Assembly: GCF_006345805.1 (NCBI RefSeq)
Contig: NC_043012.1
Location: 58,032,001-58,096,000, forward strand
Origin: Octopus sinensis
Lineage: Eukaryota
DNA: 64,000 nt
Reading direction: 5' to 3'
Part shown: in pieces, positions 1-13,169 of the stretch
Numbering within the stretch: the stretch's first letter is position 1
How the letters are laid out: the number at the start of each line of letters is the position of its first letter
Notes under the pieces: generated by a model
Databases searched by the model: none
What the model was told of the DNA's origin: nothing
Seen by the model: only the letters and a program-made list of their open reading frames with translations
Made by a program: the position numbers and the translations under genes

Positions 1-11
1 ATACATATCTC

Positions 12-177
12 CGACGGGCTTCTTTCCGTTTCCGTCTACCAAATCCACTCACAAGTTTTTGGTCGGCCCGAGGCTATAGTAGAAGACACTTGCCCAAGGT
101 GCCAGGCAGTGGGAATGAACTCGGAATCATGTGGTTGGCGAGCAAGCTATTTACCATTCTGCCACTCCTGCGCCTAC
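12..177 (-). mobile_element. tRNA-derived SINE family A, head and body
   Basis: Reverse complement of AGGCGCAGGAGTGGC..TGGTAAATAGCTTGCT..CACATGATTCCGAGTTCATTCCCACTGCCTGGCACCTTGGGCAAGTGTCTTC (Pol III A/B-box-like head). More than 10 homologous copies in the window. Confidence 0.85.
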
Positions 178-179
178 GA

Positions 180-505
180 AAAAAAAGCGAAGTCGACCTC
201 TGCAGAATTTGAACTCAGAACATAAAGACATTTTGCCCGGCGTACTAACGATTCTGCTAGCTCACACCACCTAACTGAAGAAAATAATGTTGGTTCCTAA
301 TATGGCGCAAAGTTAGCAATTTCGTGGGAGAGAGTAAGTCGATTACATCGATTCCACTACTTACCCGGTATATACTTCATCGATCTGGAAATGATGACAG
401 GCAATATCGACATCGACAGGATTTGAACTCAGAAAGCTAAAGCAGACAAAACGCCGCTAATCATTCTTCTCCAGTGAGCTAACGCTTCTGCCAGCTCGTC
501 GCCTT
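180..505 (-). mobile_element. Two degenerate SINE family B copies
   Basis: Family-B motifs AAAGTCGACCTC/GAATTTGAACTCAGAA/CTGCCAGCTCG at 190-260 and 400-500. Confidence 0.7.
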
Positions 506-782
506 ACAGAGCGCATAAAGTATTGAAACTTTTGAGATTAACCACGAAACCTATAACAAGTTAGCTTGCGTAGAATTTTAAAGCCGGCATTCATGAATTT
601 ATGATTCACAAGTAGATTCCAACGAACCCTGGGAACCTATTACTACCTTGTGACAATATTTGAAAGCAATATGTTATGTGCTCTTGCTGTGTCAATTTAA
701 TTGTATGCGAAGCAGATTCATGGGTCCTCTCTATAGGGTTACCAGACCTATTAGATTGTTGTTACAAAGGACTTCTATCTAC

Positions 783-1145
783 GTAGGCGCAATGGCCCAG
801 TGGTTAGGGCAGCGGACTCGCGGTCATAGGATCGCGGTTTCGATTCCCAGACCGGGCGTTGTGAGTGTTTATTGAGCGAAAACACCTAAAGCTCCACGAG
901 GCTCCAGCAGGGGATGGTGGTGATCCCTGCTGTACTCTTTCACCACAACTTACTCTCACTCTTACTTCCTGTTTCTGTTGTACCTGTATTTCAAAGGGCC
1001 GGCCTTGTCACTCTCTGTGTCACGCTGAATATCCCCGAGAACTACGTTAAGGGTGCAAGTGTCTGTGGAGTGCTCAGCCACTTACACGTTAATTTCACGA
1101 GCAGGCTGTTCCGTTGATTCGGATCAACCGGAACCCTCGTCGTCC
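783..1145 (+). mobile_element. tRNA-derived SINE family C, near full length
   Basis: GGCGCAATGGCCCAGTGGTTAGGGCAGCGGACTCGCGG..GGTTTCGATTCCCAGACC tRNA-like head. Head homologous to 34607, 1810-2110 and 22965-23260; tail homologous to 45940-46110. Confidence 0.85.
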
Positions 1146-1394
1146 ATCCATCTACGTAGGGTAAAACTCTTTTGGGGAAAACCCATTTCTCATTAAGACA
1201 AATTTACCATCTATTTTGCATAAGCCAAAACAACGTGGTAAACAGTTTTCTGGGCACTGGTTTAGGACCAAAGATAGCCTCTGGCCCTCTCGATCAACTG
1301 GTAGTAACAACCACAAGATTCCGTATCTCGATGTCATCCCTAAAATCTTGTAAAAGATAGGCTATAGTGCATTAAAGTAAGAGTATGTGCTCAA

Positions 1395-1815
1395 GGACCA
1401 GGTATTTTTACACCTTTTATCTTTTACTTGTCTCACTCATAAGACTGCGGCCAAGCTGTAGTACCGCCTTGAAGTATTTAGTCGAACAAGTCGACACACT
1501 TATACCTATTCATGTATGTCTGGTTTTTATTCTATCCTTCTCATTTATTGAAATTTTGTTACAAAGCTTAAACAAACCGACACCGGTTGTCAAGCGGTGT
1601 TGGAGTCAAAGAGTCACATATATACACATGCACACGCAAACACTCTCATATACACAGACGCATTTATATACGATGTGCATCCACACAGTTTCCGTATATC
1701 AAATCTATTCACAAGGCATTGGTCGATCCGGGGCTATAGTAACACTCATTCGCCCAAAGTAGGTTTGAACTCGCAATTGCATAGTTATAAAGCGGGTTTC
1801 TTACGCGCACAACCA
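1395..1815 (-). mobile_element. Degenerate SINE family A with 3' module
   Basis: CTTTTACTTGTCTCACTCAT..CTGCGGCCAAGCTG..CACCGCC and ACAAGGCATTGGTCG.CCGGGGCTATAGTA match family A. Confidence 0.7.
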
Positions 1816-2110
1816 TGCTTGTTCCTTCTCAAGACATGCCTGGCTCATTAGGGCCGGCTTCCCGGTTTCCTTGGCGTATAGGTTCCCCACCTGGGCGCCG
1901 GTCCGTCGCAGGTGAGCTGCAAGATACAGGAGGAAAGAGTGAGAGAAAGTTGTGGCGAAAGAGTCAGCAGAAGTTCGCCATTACCTTCTGCCGGAACCGA
2001 GTGGAGCTTATGTGTTTCGCTCATAAACACACACATCGCCCGGTCTGAGATTCGAACCCGCAATCCCTGGACCTCGAGTCCACTTCTCTAGCCACTAGAC
2101 CATGTGCCTA
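1810..2110 (-). mobile_element. SINE family C head with an alternative 3' tail
   Basis: Closely similar to 22965-23260 over ~300 bp; tRNA-like head at 2040-2110. Confidence 0.8.
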
Positions 2111-2184
2111 CACAAATCTATGTGTATATTGTATATATTTATTGTTATGTACAGTATTTACACAAATGTGTTCATATAAAGTTG

Positions 2185-2329
2185 CAGCTGCGGCTCTGTG
2201 GTAAGAAATTTGCTTCGTAACAGCATACATCTGGGTTCAGTCCCATTGCGTGGTATCTTGGGCAAATATTTTCTACCAAATTGCTATGAGAGAATTTGGT
2301 AAGCGGAAACTGAAAGAAGCACGTCACAT

Positions 2330-2361
<32 letters not shown>

Positions 2362-2505
2362 GTTTTTGTGTCAATGCTTGATCCACCACCATTTGACAAA
2401 CGGTGTAGATGAGTTCACGTTCCAGTAACATAACGGTTCAGCAAAAGACACTGGTAGAGTAAGTACGAGGCTTGAAGACATAAATAAGTAATGGGGTAGA
2501 TTCGC
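2185..2505 (+). mobile_element. Degenerate SINE family A
   Basis: GGCTCTGTGGTAAG..GGGTTCAGTCCCATTGCGTGG..CTTGGGCAAA..GGAAACTGAAAGAAGC, then a (TG)n linker and the 3' module. Confidence 0.75.
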
Positions 2506-2880
2506 GATACGAAAATTCTCCAAAGCGCCCACCCCACTCCCAGCAGGGTTGCAATCTAATGAATGAAGCATGTAAGAAGTAGAAAATAAACGTTAAAAAG
2601 ACACATAATATGTCAAAGGTGCTCGACACCTGAGTTCTGATGACACTTTGTGTCTTTAGCGCTTAAACGAAAAAGGAGTCTCCCAGAGCCTATTCCTTTC
2701 CGGATCTGATCTAGAACCTTCTGCTATGTGACCACATACTTTTATCAAGAAATCTATTTATACATATGGATTCATTCTCCCACACATACGTACGTACGTA
2801 TATAAACACATACGCATGCATCTACAACAAATCATATCTACCTAAGTACGTGAGTATATACAAACACACACACATACGTG

Positions 2881-2912
<32 letters not shown>

Positions 2913-3136
2913 CATAGACACACATATGTATATGTACAAACATACATATGTAAATACAAATATAAATAAATAAATAAATATATACATACATATATATATA
3001 TATGTATATATATATATGTATGTATATAAATATATATGTATATATATATACATATATGTTCATGTATACATATGTAAATACAAATATAAATAAATAGATA
3101 AATACACATACATACATACATATATATAATATATAT

Positions 3137-3171
<35 letters not shown>

Positions 3172-3336
3172 GTATGTATATATATATATATGTTCATGTA
3201 TACACGCACACTTACACTTCATCAAGACAAGATGTCCTTAAACGACACTTTTACTTACGTTCGAAATATGAAGCTTATAAGCTTTTACAGTTTTTAACCA
3301 TACACACATGCCTCTCTCCTCCTTTCTCTCTCTCCC

Positions 3337-3372
<36 letters not shown>

Positions 3373-4102
3373 AGTTCCTCTTTCTCCTGCCCTTTTCTCC
3401 CTCTCTTCTCTCACTCCCACCACCACTTGTATAAAACATCTTGTAAAATAGTATTGAGCCGTTTCAAGTACCAAATTATTTCTCACATGTAAGAAATAAA
3501 TATTACGTATCTATAATCTCCAGCGCTTCGTGCAATGTTCTAAATATTACTACACGAGGTTACTTAGATACATATATATATATAGAGAGAGAGAGCTGCA
3601 AGATTTCGATATTTTAGTTTATTTATTTATATTTTTTTGTCTTTCTCTCTCGCGTTTTTTTTTTTTTTTGGTAGGTATCATTTCTTTAGCGCTTCTTATG
3701 TTGCAATCTCGCAATCTTCATTAAATTTGATGAAGAATATGCCGTTTTAAAATTGCATATACATATTATCTGCACAAGAATCTTCCGTATAGATCACATG
3801 CTTCAGCCTCTTCTGCAACTCATTTATTTCTTTGAATATTTTTGCAGTCTTCATATTTACATTAAATACCAAAAATCAATTACCATTTCTTCAAATATAG
3901 CACGCAGTAGTTTCGATTGGAAACATCGAAGAACTTTACAACGAAATACTTGTTTCTTTTCCAATAAAGAACAAGTGGGTTCCGTCTTAGTAGCAGTAAG
4001 AACATGGTTGCTGATTAAGACGTGTCTTATTTGCTTTTATTTGTACATTCCATGTCAATAGCGAAAGATCCAGTTTCTAGCCTAGATCCAAGCCTCTTCA
4101 TT

Positions 4103-4202
4103 NNNNNNNNNNNNNNNNNNNNNNNNNNNNNNNNNNNNNNNNNNNNNNNNNNNNNNNNNNNNNNNNNNNNNNNNNNNNNNNNNNNNNNNNNNNNNNNNNN
4201 NN
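4103..4202. other. Assembly gap (100 N)
   Basis: Run of exactly 100 N. Confidence 1.
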
Positions 4203-4480
4203 TGCTATGCTTCCATTTCCTGGAGACGTGTAGCGAACGTGTTGTTGTAGGTGTTAAATGCAACGAACTTTTCCTATTCCACATGGCAGTTTACGTTCTG
4301 ACAGATGATCTGAGAAGAAGCGAAATCCCCGCTCTCTTCCTTCCCACCACCTGTCTCTTTCTTTCTCCGAGTTCTTTGAATGATATATAGATGCCTGCAT
4401 ACAAACATACATACATGCATACATACATACAAAATACATACACACAAATACATACATAATTGTGTGTGTATATATATATA

Positions 4481-4526
<46 letters not shown>

Positions 4527-4669
4527 CTACATACTCACTGTAACAAACACACTTCTCCTTCATCTGTCACACATTCACACATCCCCGTTTTATATCCATC
4601 ATTTTTTCTACTTCTCAGATTCTAGAGGTTGACAAATATAAGGATTCTTTGGTCACTCTTACTTTTTTT

Positions 4670-4733
<64 letters not shown>

Positions 4734-4779
4734 TATATATATATGAATGTTTGTATATATATGTACATATACATACATA

Positions 4780-4812
<33 letters not shown>

Positions 4813-5367
4813 ATATATATATATATATATAATATATATATATCAAATATATATATATGCATGTATGTATTATATATATGCATATGCATTTATGTATATG
4901 CATATATATTATGCATTGATTCCCTCTGATTTGATTATCACTAAGAACATTCCTTTGATATTTTCTGTATGAAGCTGATATATAAGAGAGTTAGCTGAAG
5001 GGAACTTGTAAATCCTAAAGCCATTTATATAGGTCCTCTTATACTAGGTCCATTGAAGTGGAGATACATCTCGGAAGATTTTGTGAATATTGCAAATAAT
5101 ATCCGCATGTATGTTTCGAGTTCATAAACAATAAATATATACGTGTATTATAAAACTATTGATTATTTCGCTATACAACCATATTGCCCGCACTCTGACT
5201 ATGCTTTTCATATAGTCACAATGTAGTTTTGGCTTTGGATATCTGAGATGATTGCCTCAGAGTGAAAGACTGAAAGAGAATGGAGAGTATTAAGAAAAAG
5301 TAAATGCATATGTGTGTATGTATGAGTGTATATATACATACATACTATATATATAGTATGTATATCT

Positions 5368-5453
<86 letters not shown>

Positions 5454-5506
5454 GATATCATATATATATATATAAATATGTTTTAGATAATATCTATATA
5501 TGTATA

Positions 5507-5585
<79 letters not shown>

Positions 5586-5612
5586 GGTATATATATGTCT
5601 ATAATATATTAA

Positions 5613-5644
<32 letters not shown>

Positions 5645-5699
5645 ATATATATACATGTATGTATGAATGTATGTATGAATATATACACACATACATATA

Positions 5700-6557
5700 C
5701 AGGCTGCGGTGAGTAAATTGTCGCCATTTTATACTTTAAATTTCGTGCATACACATTGTTTGTTTTTCCACTACGCAGTATTGTAGGGTCAGTTGGGAAC
5801 CCTCTGTGAGAAAACAGCACCATGACGCAATTCACTCTGTGAGAAATTTGGAAATGATATGCTCTACGGCTTAGCATTTGTGCCAGAAGCTGCAATACGA
5901 ACATTTCAGAGTGTTGGGTGTCAATCTGAGTCCCCAAAACATGTACCAAGTGTGATAAAAGTCAAACATCCAGTCAACATGGTGTTTGGAGTGATCACTA
6001 GTAATGATGGAGCTATGCCTCCCTTCATCTTCCCATGGGGCCTCAAAATCAACACGGAGGCCTAAATCAAGTGCCTGGAGGAAGTACTGCTGTCTTGGGT
6101 CCAGAGGGTGGCTGGTGTAACACCCTATGTATGACAACAGGACTCTGCAGCATGCATACAAGACGGAGAGCACAATCATGGCTGTCAGACAATTTCTGCG
6201 ACATCACTTCTAACATATGGCCACCTTACACCTCAGGTTGCAACCCCATCGATTATTATGTGTGGGGCGCAGTTGAGCGAGCGACCAGGAAAATTGTAAC
6301 ACCAAAGCTGAACTGAAAGCAAGGATTAAGGCAGCATTCACCAACTTAAACATGGAGACGTGCAGAAGAGTTGCAGGAAATTCCGAAGTCGTCTGGAGGC
6401 CGTGGTCCAAGATAATAGAGATTTTTTGAATAAATTTACTCTTTAGTATTTGAAGATATTTTTTATTTAATTTTGGTAAATATATCTTTTAAGATGAGAT
6501 ATCAGTGTTATTTTCATTTTAGCGCAATTTAGACGTCACTTTGCTCATTGCACCCTA
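5700..6557 (+). mobile_element. Internally deleted mariner-type DNA transposon, DD37D (maT)-like
   Basis: TA-flanked degenerate TIRs (CAGGCTGCGGTGAGTAAATTGTCGCC vs rc TAGGGTGCAATGAGCAAAGTGACGTC, 18/27). Frameshifted transposase remnants HPVNMVFGVITS..QQDSA..WLSDNF..WPPYTSGCNPIDYYVWGAVE, with ~36-37 residues between the 2nd and 3rd Asp. Confidence 0.8.
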
Positions 6558-6584
6558 TATATATAGGCGTATTTATAGGCGTAG

Positions 6585-6720
6585 GAGTGGCTGTGTGGTA
6601 AGTAGCTTGCTTACGAACCACATGGTTCTGGGTTCAGTCCCACTGCGTGGCACCTCGGGCCGACCAAAGCCTTGTGAGTGGATTTGGTAGAGGGAAACTG
6701 AAAGAAGCCCGTCGTATATA
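6585..6720 (+). mobile_element. SINE family A head and body
   Basis: AGGCGTAGGAGTGGCTGTGTGGTAAGTAGCTTGC..AAAGAAGCCCGTCG. Confidence 0.85.
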
Positions 6721-6722
6721 TG

Positions 6723-6753
<31 letters not shown>

Positions 6754-6801
6754 TATATATAATAATAATAATGAAATATATATTGTACAAGTTATATTCT
6801 A

Positions 6802-6855
<54 letters not shown>

Positions 6856-7222
6856 TACATGGCGAATGTCCACTTTCATGAGAGGGTGGCATTGAAGATC
6901 ATGTATAGTTATGTTACTCGTCCCCTTGTGCTATGATATCCCGGATTCCCCTTCAGACAATTTCTCATATGCAAAAACCTGCCGTTACTACAATATTTTC
7001 AGAACACAAGAATTAGTTTGGGCCTTACGTATGACAAAGCCAATCATGTTTTTTTTCCCCTTAAAGCTTTCCAACCAAGTATCGGAACGATTTGTATGTA
7101 TTACCAAGTTCTGTGAAACTATAAGTAATGCGATTCTGAACTAATATCCCGCCCTCATTTTTCTTTTTCAGCTGCACTTTCTATGTATATATGTATGTGT
7201 GTGTGTATGTGTGTTTATTTAT

Positions 7223-7301
<79 letters not shown>

Positions 7302-7646
7302 TACATACAGCAATAAGAAAATATATATTATATATGTAAAATATAATATGTTATACATGTATGTCTATTGTTATATTGTTATAATTGCTTTTTTTTTAAT
7401 ATATAAATAAACATAATATAATGTCTAAAAGTTGATGAATAGCGCCTCTTAAACCCCTCCAGTTTCTATTGCTTTATAAATTAAGGATAAAAAACTTTTC
7501 ACCCTCACCTATTTATTACATTCAGTTGTGTAATTGCCATGCAATTAAAAAACACCTGTGTGTTAACAATTGAGTATTCGAGCAGCAGTATATTGGATAG
7601 ATATTATCCCTTAGTTGGTTGGATTCACAGCCTCTAACTCTCTTGG

Positions 7647-7689
<43 letters not shown>

Positions 7690-8391
7690 AGAGAGAGAGA
7701 GATAGTTCTTCGTCATTATACATAGCATAGTGCAATACAACACACCGTAACTACTGGGTCACAGAATCACAAATGCAGACTGCTAATTGTTACCAATAAG
7801 TGTGGAAATAATGAGTTGCGGCGATATTGTACTTAATAAATTCGGAACAGAGCGAAAGATTACTATAAATTTAGTTCAGTTATTAATGCTTTTAGTGTTG
7901 AACACTTGTTGAGTTAAATAAAAATGCTACAGTCATATTTTTGTCCTACAGATACGGTTTCAATGTTGCACTCAATGTCTTGTAAAGTGATAGGAAAATA
8001 TAAAGGCGTAATAAATTCTATGCAAAGTTTTCCCCGGGCAATTATACATATGGTGGAAGAAATGAAATTAATCATACGAGGTTTCCTTGAAATAACTTGG
8101 ATATTATGGATGGATGCATGGGGAAATATTTAGGAATGGCATACTTAGGTGCCGTTATGGGTATTGTTAAGAGTAGCTCGTATTTCCAGTCACATGGTTT
8201 CGGTTTCAGTCCCAATGCGCGGCGACCAATATCTTGCAAGTGAATAAGCATTTCAGAATAAGCACCACTTTCAAGAATTTAGCCAAACAAATCGAAACTC
8301 AGTACTCATGTTCAGGTTGGTACTCATTCTATCGGTGCATTTTACCGAAGAGAAAGATTTCGTGGGTGAAACGGGGTGTAAACATACATGC

Positions 8392-8438
<47 letters not shown>

Positions 8439-8517
8439 GTGTGTGTGTGTGTGTGTGGTGTGTGTGTGTGTGTGTGGTGGTTGTGTGTGTGTGTGATTGT
8501 GTATAGAAGAAATATAA

Positions 8518-8696
8518 AAAAGGAATTCCAACCTTGTCTGATTTTCACGTTTTATTTACAATCTTATAATGATATATTATAAGATAATAATCTATTATAC
8601 TATTTTATTTTATTCTTTTATAATATATTATCTTATAATATATCATTATAAGATTGTAAATAAAACGTGAAAATCAGACAAGTTGGAATTCCTTTT
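8518..8696. repeat. 71-72 bp inverted repeat of a Penelope-like 3' tail
   Basis: Arms 8518-8589 and 8626-8696 differ by one indel. The same arm sequence recurs at 30784-30860, downstream of a hammerhead motif. Confidence 0.85.
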
Positions 8697-8700
8697 ATTA

Positions 8701-8733
<33 letters not shown>

Positions 8734-9149
8734 ATATACAGGGGCAAAACATTCGGGAGAAAAGATAATTCTCGAAAATTAATTTGCTAAGATAGTAATT
8801 TTGTTATCATCCGGAATGGCTATTTAAAAAAGATGGTAATAACAGAATTAATAATATAGGCGATCGCAGGTCCAACAAATGCATTAAATAGCTGAAGGAT
8901 TAAAACTAAAATTAATCAAAGGACATTCTATAAGTATGTCTGCGTGCTGGAAATAGCAATTCACATAAATTCTTATACTTAAATGTATGGTGAAAGATTC
9001 TATTAACCTAATCTGCTTTCGTTTGATTTCTGTAGTTATCATCGGTATATTTTTAGTGATTTAAATAAGAACCTTGACTGTTATTTCCAGCAGGCAGACA
9101 TACTTAGTATGTCCGTTGATTAATTTTAATTTTAATTCTTCAGATTTAA

Positions 9150-9184
<35 letters not shown>

Positions 9185-9301
9185 CTCCATCAGATTCCAA
9201 CTATTTAGGACGTACCTCTTTGAGAATAGCACTTGCACCAACGATAACTTCATGTTAACCTTGGCATTAACGGTAGAACTCAAAATCTAGCCGGCCTAAG
9301 G

Positions 9302-9583
9302 TGCATAGAGGGTGCTTGTAAGACAAGAAGATTACACATGATATACATAGGTGAGACATCTTGAAGCATTTCGGAGAGTCTAAATGGACATTTGAGACTA
9401 TATAACGACCAAATAAAAGTGGTCCATACTCTACCAACAAGCCAAAGACCAACACGGTGGCACAATGAGTCAACTTATCATCCACATTTTATCCAAGCAC
9501 CCGATGGATCCACACTCAAACAAATACAGGAGTACGTCCTTATAAATGAAGCATCCGCAGTACTAAATAGGAAATATACGTAG
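9302..9583 (+). pseudogene. Penelope-like element GIY-YIG endonuclease C-terminal remnant
   Basis: One frame reads ..[42 protein letters not shown], matching the PLE YIGET-R-L-R-EH and R-I-E-I-LNR motifs. One in-frame stop at 9362. Confidence 0.7.
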
Positions 9584-9658
9584 AAGGAAGTTATACACCA
9601 ATACCCAGAGTTTATATATACACAGGTAGAATTGTTTGTAGGCTGATATGTAGATATG

Positions 9659-9768
<110 letters not shown>

Positions 9769-9923
9769 ACATGCTAGGCCACTGGTTTAAATTGATATTA
9801 ATCAAATTAATATTCAATTTTCACCCTTATTATTTTCAATTTATATATATATATATATATGTATAGATACATACATGTATATATATACATGTATATATAG
9901 ATATATATGTATACATATTATGT

Positions 9924-9960
<37 letters not shown>

Positions 9961-10146
9961 CATATATATATGTATGTGTGTATGTATATATATATATATA
10001 TATATATACATATATATATACATATAAATATATACATATATATTGATAGAAAATGGTAAGAACAAAAGAATGAAAGAGAACTCGATATTATTTAAAAAAA
10101 GGAATTAATCTGTAAATATAATATGTGACAATCATTCGGTAGCCAT

Positions 10147-10207
10147 GATAAAACTCCGAGTTTCGGATGTCGGGGCGGAAACCCACGCTGCCATCTCTTC
10201 AGTTATC
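10147..10207 (-). ncRNA. Type I minimal hammerhead ribozyme (GUU triplet)
   Basis: rc: GATAA-CTGAAGA-GATG..CATC-C-GAAAC-TCGGA-GTT-TTATC. Confidence 0.65.
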
Positions 10208-10241
10208 CAGCTAGCGAAAAATGGCATTTTTTCGATGGCTG

Positions 10242-10302
10242 GATAACTGAAGAGATGCTGGAGTGGATTTCCGCCCCGATATCCGAAACTCGGAGTCTTA
10301 TC
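10242..10302 (+). ncRNA. Type I minimal hammerhead ribozyme (GUC cleavage after 10297)
   Basis: GATAA-CTGAAGA-stem II-GAAAC-TCGGA-GTC-TTATC: stem I GATAA/TTATC, CUGANGA and GAAA cores, self-complementary stem III ACTC(G)GAGT. Confidence 0.75.
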
Positions 10303-10374
10303 ATGGCTACCGAATAATTGTCACATAATATATTTACATATATATATATATATATATATATATGCAGATGTCTT

Positions 10375-10592
10375 TAAAATGAAACTGGATCTTTTCTTGT
10401 CAGGTATCCCAGATGAACCAACTTCACGGCAGGAGGGGCAGATGAGGGCAGCTGCATCGAACTCTCTCATGCACCAAATGGCAGTTGCTAAAAAGCATTC
10501 GTGAAGTAAAACCATGTAGCAACACAAAATGGCGGGGCCCCTGCATGCCCACAGCTCGTGAGCTGAAACTAGAATCAATCAATCAATCAATC
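10375..10592 (+). mobile_element. CR1-type LINE 3' end
   Basis: Translates to KLDLFLSGIPDEPT..RAAASNSLMHQ (CR1/L2 ORF2 C-terminus pattern LD-FL--IPD-P..RAA-SNSL), followed by a 3' UTR and an (AATC)n tail. Confidence 0.7.
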
Positions 10593-10757
<165 letters not shown>

Positions 10758-11366
10758 TAAATATACACGAACAGTTTACGTGGAGTTTCCGATGCTGGGC
10801 CGACAATTGCAAGGCTTTTGTTGGCCCAACATACTGTGCGGGGGCAATGTGGGACGTTGAAAGAAGAACCAATGCGACTGGAAAACAAGTTACTCTCAAC
10901 AGCTACCCATGCCTACATCAAACCATACCGTACCTATATATTTCTCCATGCTTCCATCCATAATATCCAAGTTATTTAAAAAAAAAAAAAAAGTATTTCA
11001 TCTACCATATTTACAGCTTTTACATAAGTATTCCACTCTTAACTTTTCCTATCAATTTACAGGACATTGATTGCGACATTGAAACCCTATCTGTTGAACA
11101 AAAATATAGCTGTAACCGTTTCAATTAAATCAACAAATGTTCAAAATTAACATCATTAATAATTGATCTAAATTTACAGTAAGCCTTCGCTCGGTTCCAA
11201 ATTTATCATGTGTAATATCGCCGCAGCTCATTATTTCCTTAGTTATTGGTTCAACTTGTTGACTGCATTTGCGCATCTGTGGCTTAGTTTGGAGCGGTTA
11301 CAATGTGTTGTGTTGAACTGTGCTATGTATAAAGATCTATCTATCTATCTATCTATCTATCTATAT

Positions 11367-11422
<56 letters not shown>

Positions 11423-11455
11423 CTTTATCACGTGCGCCTTTCAGTTTCCATGTGC

Positions 11456-11506
<51 letters not shown>

Positions 11507-11576
11507 CTATGCATATATATGCATGCATGTGTTTATGCACACCCATACGCTCACACGGACACACACACCACACGTG

Positions 11577-11607
<31 letters not shown>

Positions 11608-11622
11608 TTTATATATACATAC

Positions 11623-11655
<33 letters not shown>

Positions 11656-11743
11656 ATATAAGCGCACACATACGTAGATACATATGCACCAAGCACTTTA
11701 TATGAATGTAAATTCAGTTAAAATGCTTCCAACCTGAAATCCT

Positions 11744-11780
<37 letters not shown>

Positions 11781-12736
11781 TGCATTTTAACTCAAACAGG
11801 CCTACAACACACAAACAAGTTAATTCACACACACACACACACGTAACGCCACAACGCTTGTACACACTGACAGACAAACTATACAGGGACAGAAATACAT
11901 TGTAGGAATCCAACACGCACTCTCTTTATAAGTTGAGATATGGTGGAGGTTAAATAAAAACAAAGAAGCAAACAAATCTGCCTGTCCTGCAGTCATGAGA
12001 AATCATGCTTACGTCAATCAGCAGCTTGCATAGCATGCTGGGAACACTTGCCAAATTTAGGCATACGCTTCCACATTTCCATAAACGCCGGTGTCCATAT
12101 GAAAGAGTGGGAGGAGAGGAGAAGAGGGGAGAAGAGAGAAGAGAGGAGAAGAGAGAAGAGGAGAAAGGTAAGGTGAGATGAAGAGAGAAGAAGGAGAAGA
12201 GAGATGGAGAGAGGTGAAGCGGGAGAGAAGAATAAGAAACGAGCAAGAGATGTGTATAGAGAGAAGGGAAGAGAAGGAGAAAAGGGATTGCAATAATGGT
12301 GAAAGAAAGGGAGAAAGAGAGAGAAAGAAAGAGAAAGAGAGAGAGAGAAAGAGCGAAAGAAAGGAATTTAGATTGAGATTTTGAACAGAAAGCGAGAGGG
12401 ATAGAAAATAAGAGAGATACAGACAGAGGTGGAACAGAGAAGGACAGAGTGACTGAATGAGACGGAGTATGAGAGATCGTTAAGATAGATACATACACAG
12501 AGGAAGAGACAGAAAGAGCGAAAACAAGAGAGAGAGAGAGAGAGAGAGAGGGTGTGTGTGTGAGAGAGAAAGAGAGGCAAGAAAGAGACTGTAAGGTCAA
12601 ATCGCACCTATTATAACTTCAGATCCAGAGTCAATGAGGATACCTCTAAGTCGTGACGAAATTTACAAGAAATAAAAGACAAGCTTCCTTGAAATAGTCT
12701 TAATAAAAATGGCATGGTAGGAACGGTATTTTAGAT

Positions 12737-12988
12737 CAGTGCTACTCAGAATGGTGGTCACGGACCGGTGCCGGTGCGCAAGCCATCAGCAGCCGGTACG
12801 CGGAGAGTTTCCAGAAAAGAAAGAAACATAATTGCTTATAAAATGCTTATGTAATATTGTATTATTTGTTTACAAAATAAATACAAGATTGTCTACTATT
12901 AATATTACTAAGATATATTACCAGTCGATTGGGACATTGGAAAAAAAAAACTGCCGGTACGCCACATCAGATCGTTTGAGAAACACTG
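12737..12988. mobile_element. hAT (Charlie-like) MITE
   Basis: TIRs CAGTGCTACTCAGA vs rc CAGTGTTTCTCAAA. The 8-bp flanks TTTTAGAT and GTCTAGAA resemble the NTCTAGAN hAT-Charlie target. Confidence 0.65.
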
Positions 12989-13169
12989 GTCTAGAAGACA
13001 CTAATTCTGAAGTTAATTGAATTAGATTGCTCATGTACTGTCCTTGCAGGACGAGGGTCTCAGTATATTTTATCGAACAACCGCAGTCTGATGACTAGGC
13101 CGTGAATTTGAGTTTCAGATCATACTGGTTTGGTGAGCCCTCTTTGTAATACTGGCTCGACATGGCTTG

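Larger units (their letters stand above)
10111..10338. mobile_element. 228-bp palindromic Penelope-like terminal repeat
   Basis: ~110-bp inverted arms, diverged by ~10-12%, with a 3-nt loop, embedded in (TA)n. Each arm carries a hammerhead core. Confidence 0.8.

Noticed and set aside
783-860. tRNA-like sequences here and at 34607, 2040 and 23190 as true tRNA genes
   Set aside because: They run directly into SINE bodies and lack a complete acceptor stem, so they are SINE heads.
2630-2690. CTGATGA ... GAAA ... GTC spacing
   Set aside because: No pairing for stems I, II or III, so not a hammerhead.
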